From assembly GCA_024137785.1 (NCBI GenBank), contig JAHRHZ010000031.1:8307582-8371581 (forward strand): a DNA stretch of 64,000 nucleotides, read 5' to 3'. The stretch comes from Ginglymostoma cirratum. Taxonomy: Eukaryota. This document shows, piece by piece, positions 63,341 to 64,000 of this stretch (position 1 is its first letter; every line of letters starts with the position of its first letter). The translations under genes and the position numbers were made by a program. The notes under the pieces are model-generated. The model was not told the origin of the DNA. It saw nothing but the letters and a program-made list of their open reading frames with translations, and ran no database searches.

Positions 63341-64000
63341 TTTCTTCCTGGAGCTTTCACACACATGCTTAAATGTACTCAGCTTTAAATAATGCCTTCA
63401 GTATTTTATCCCAACAGTTCAGGTTTGGGATTAACACTGACCTAGTTCATTGTCTATCTTTCCCTTCTCATGAACACAGGTCTATACATGCATCCTATTC
63501 CAAGGACTTCATAGGACTGCTCTACTCAACGTAAAAAAAAAACTGAAACCCAGAAGCTTCCCTCTATTAGTGATGGGTGTTTCGCTTTAATTTTAAAATG
63601 TGCGAGAAGTTTCTAACAAATATTGGGGACCCATTATTGTTTTATAACCCAGCAAGGTAAATCTACAAATCAACAAATATCCATTAGCTGGACACAAACC
63701 CCATTTAGCCTAAAGCTATGCCTCAAAATACTGTTTTAAAATAAATCACTAAGGTTACAATAAGTCATATTAAAATATATAAATCTTACAGTTCACATCA
63801 TAATGCAAAATAGATGGAGCTTGAAACCCGCAGGCATGAATTGAGAATTGCAAGTCCATTTAAACTCAGTGCACAAGACAAACAGATTCAATTCTCACTT
63901 GCAGAATGACCTAAACTGCAAAACATGTTCTAACACTTTACACTGGATATGCAAATGCTCAAGGTACCAAGCTATCGCAGGAGGTGGAATTGACTGCATC

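Noticed and set aside
1-64000. CRISPR arrays, rRNA, operons or prokaryotic defence systems
   Set aside because: No regularly spaced direct repeats, no rRNA-like sequence and no gene-dense structure. The DNA is vertebrate repeat-rich sequence.

Overview
This is eukaryotic, repeat-dense DNA from a cartilaginous fish. The repeat complement (HE1/V-SINEs, HER1/CR1 LINEs, a Deu-domain SacSINE1-like SINE, Harbinger, Tigger and Penelope-like elements) points to a shark; that assignment is an inference from recalled family consensi. I cannot identify an intact protein-coding gene. The window reads as intron or gene desert, and the ORFs in the track that I can recognise are decayed transposon fragments. 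The most notable structure is a set of at least 9 short (about 100-620 bp) Penelope-like insertions from at least 3 families, each flanked by a 10-16 bp target-site duplication (TSD). Most are fold-back palindromes with a 30-40 nt unpaired tail, and the families carry a minimal hammerhead-ribozyme core whose stems covary between them. Also notable are a CR1/L2-group LINE with a tRNA-like (A/B-box) 5' head plus short SINEs that look like its internal-deletion products, a LINE with three nested insertions, two decayed Harbinger ORFs, and one candidate 87-nt minus-strand exon. Repeat boundaries were read by eye and are approximate unless a TSD or TIR is quoted.
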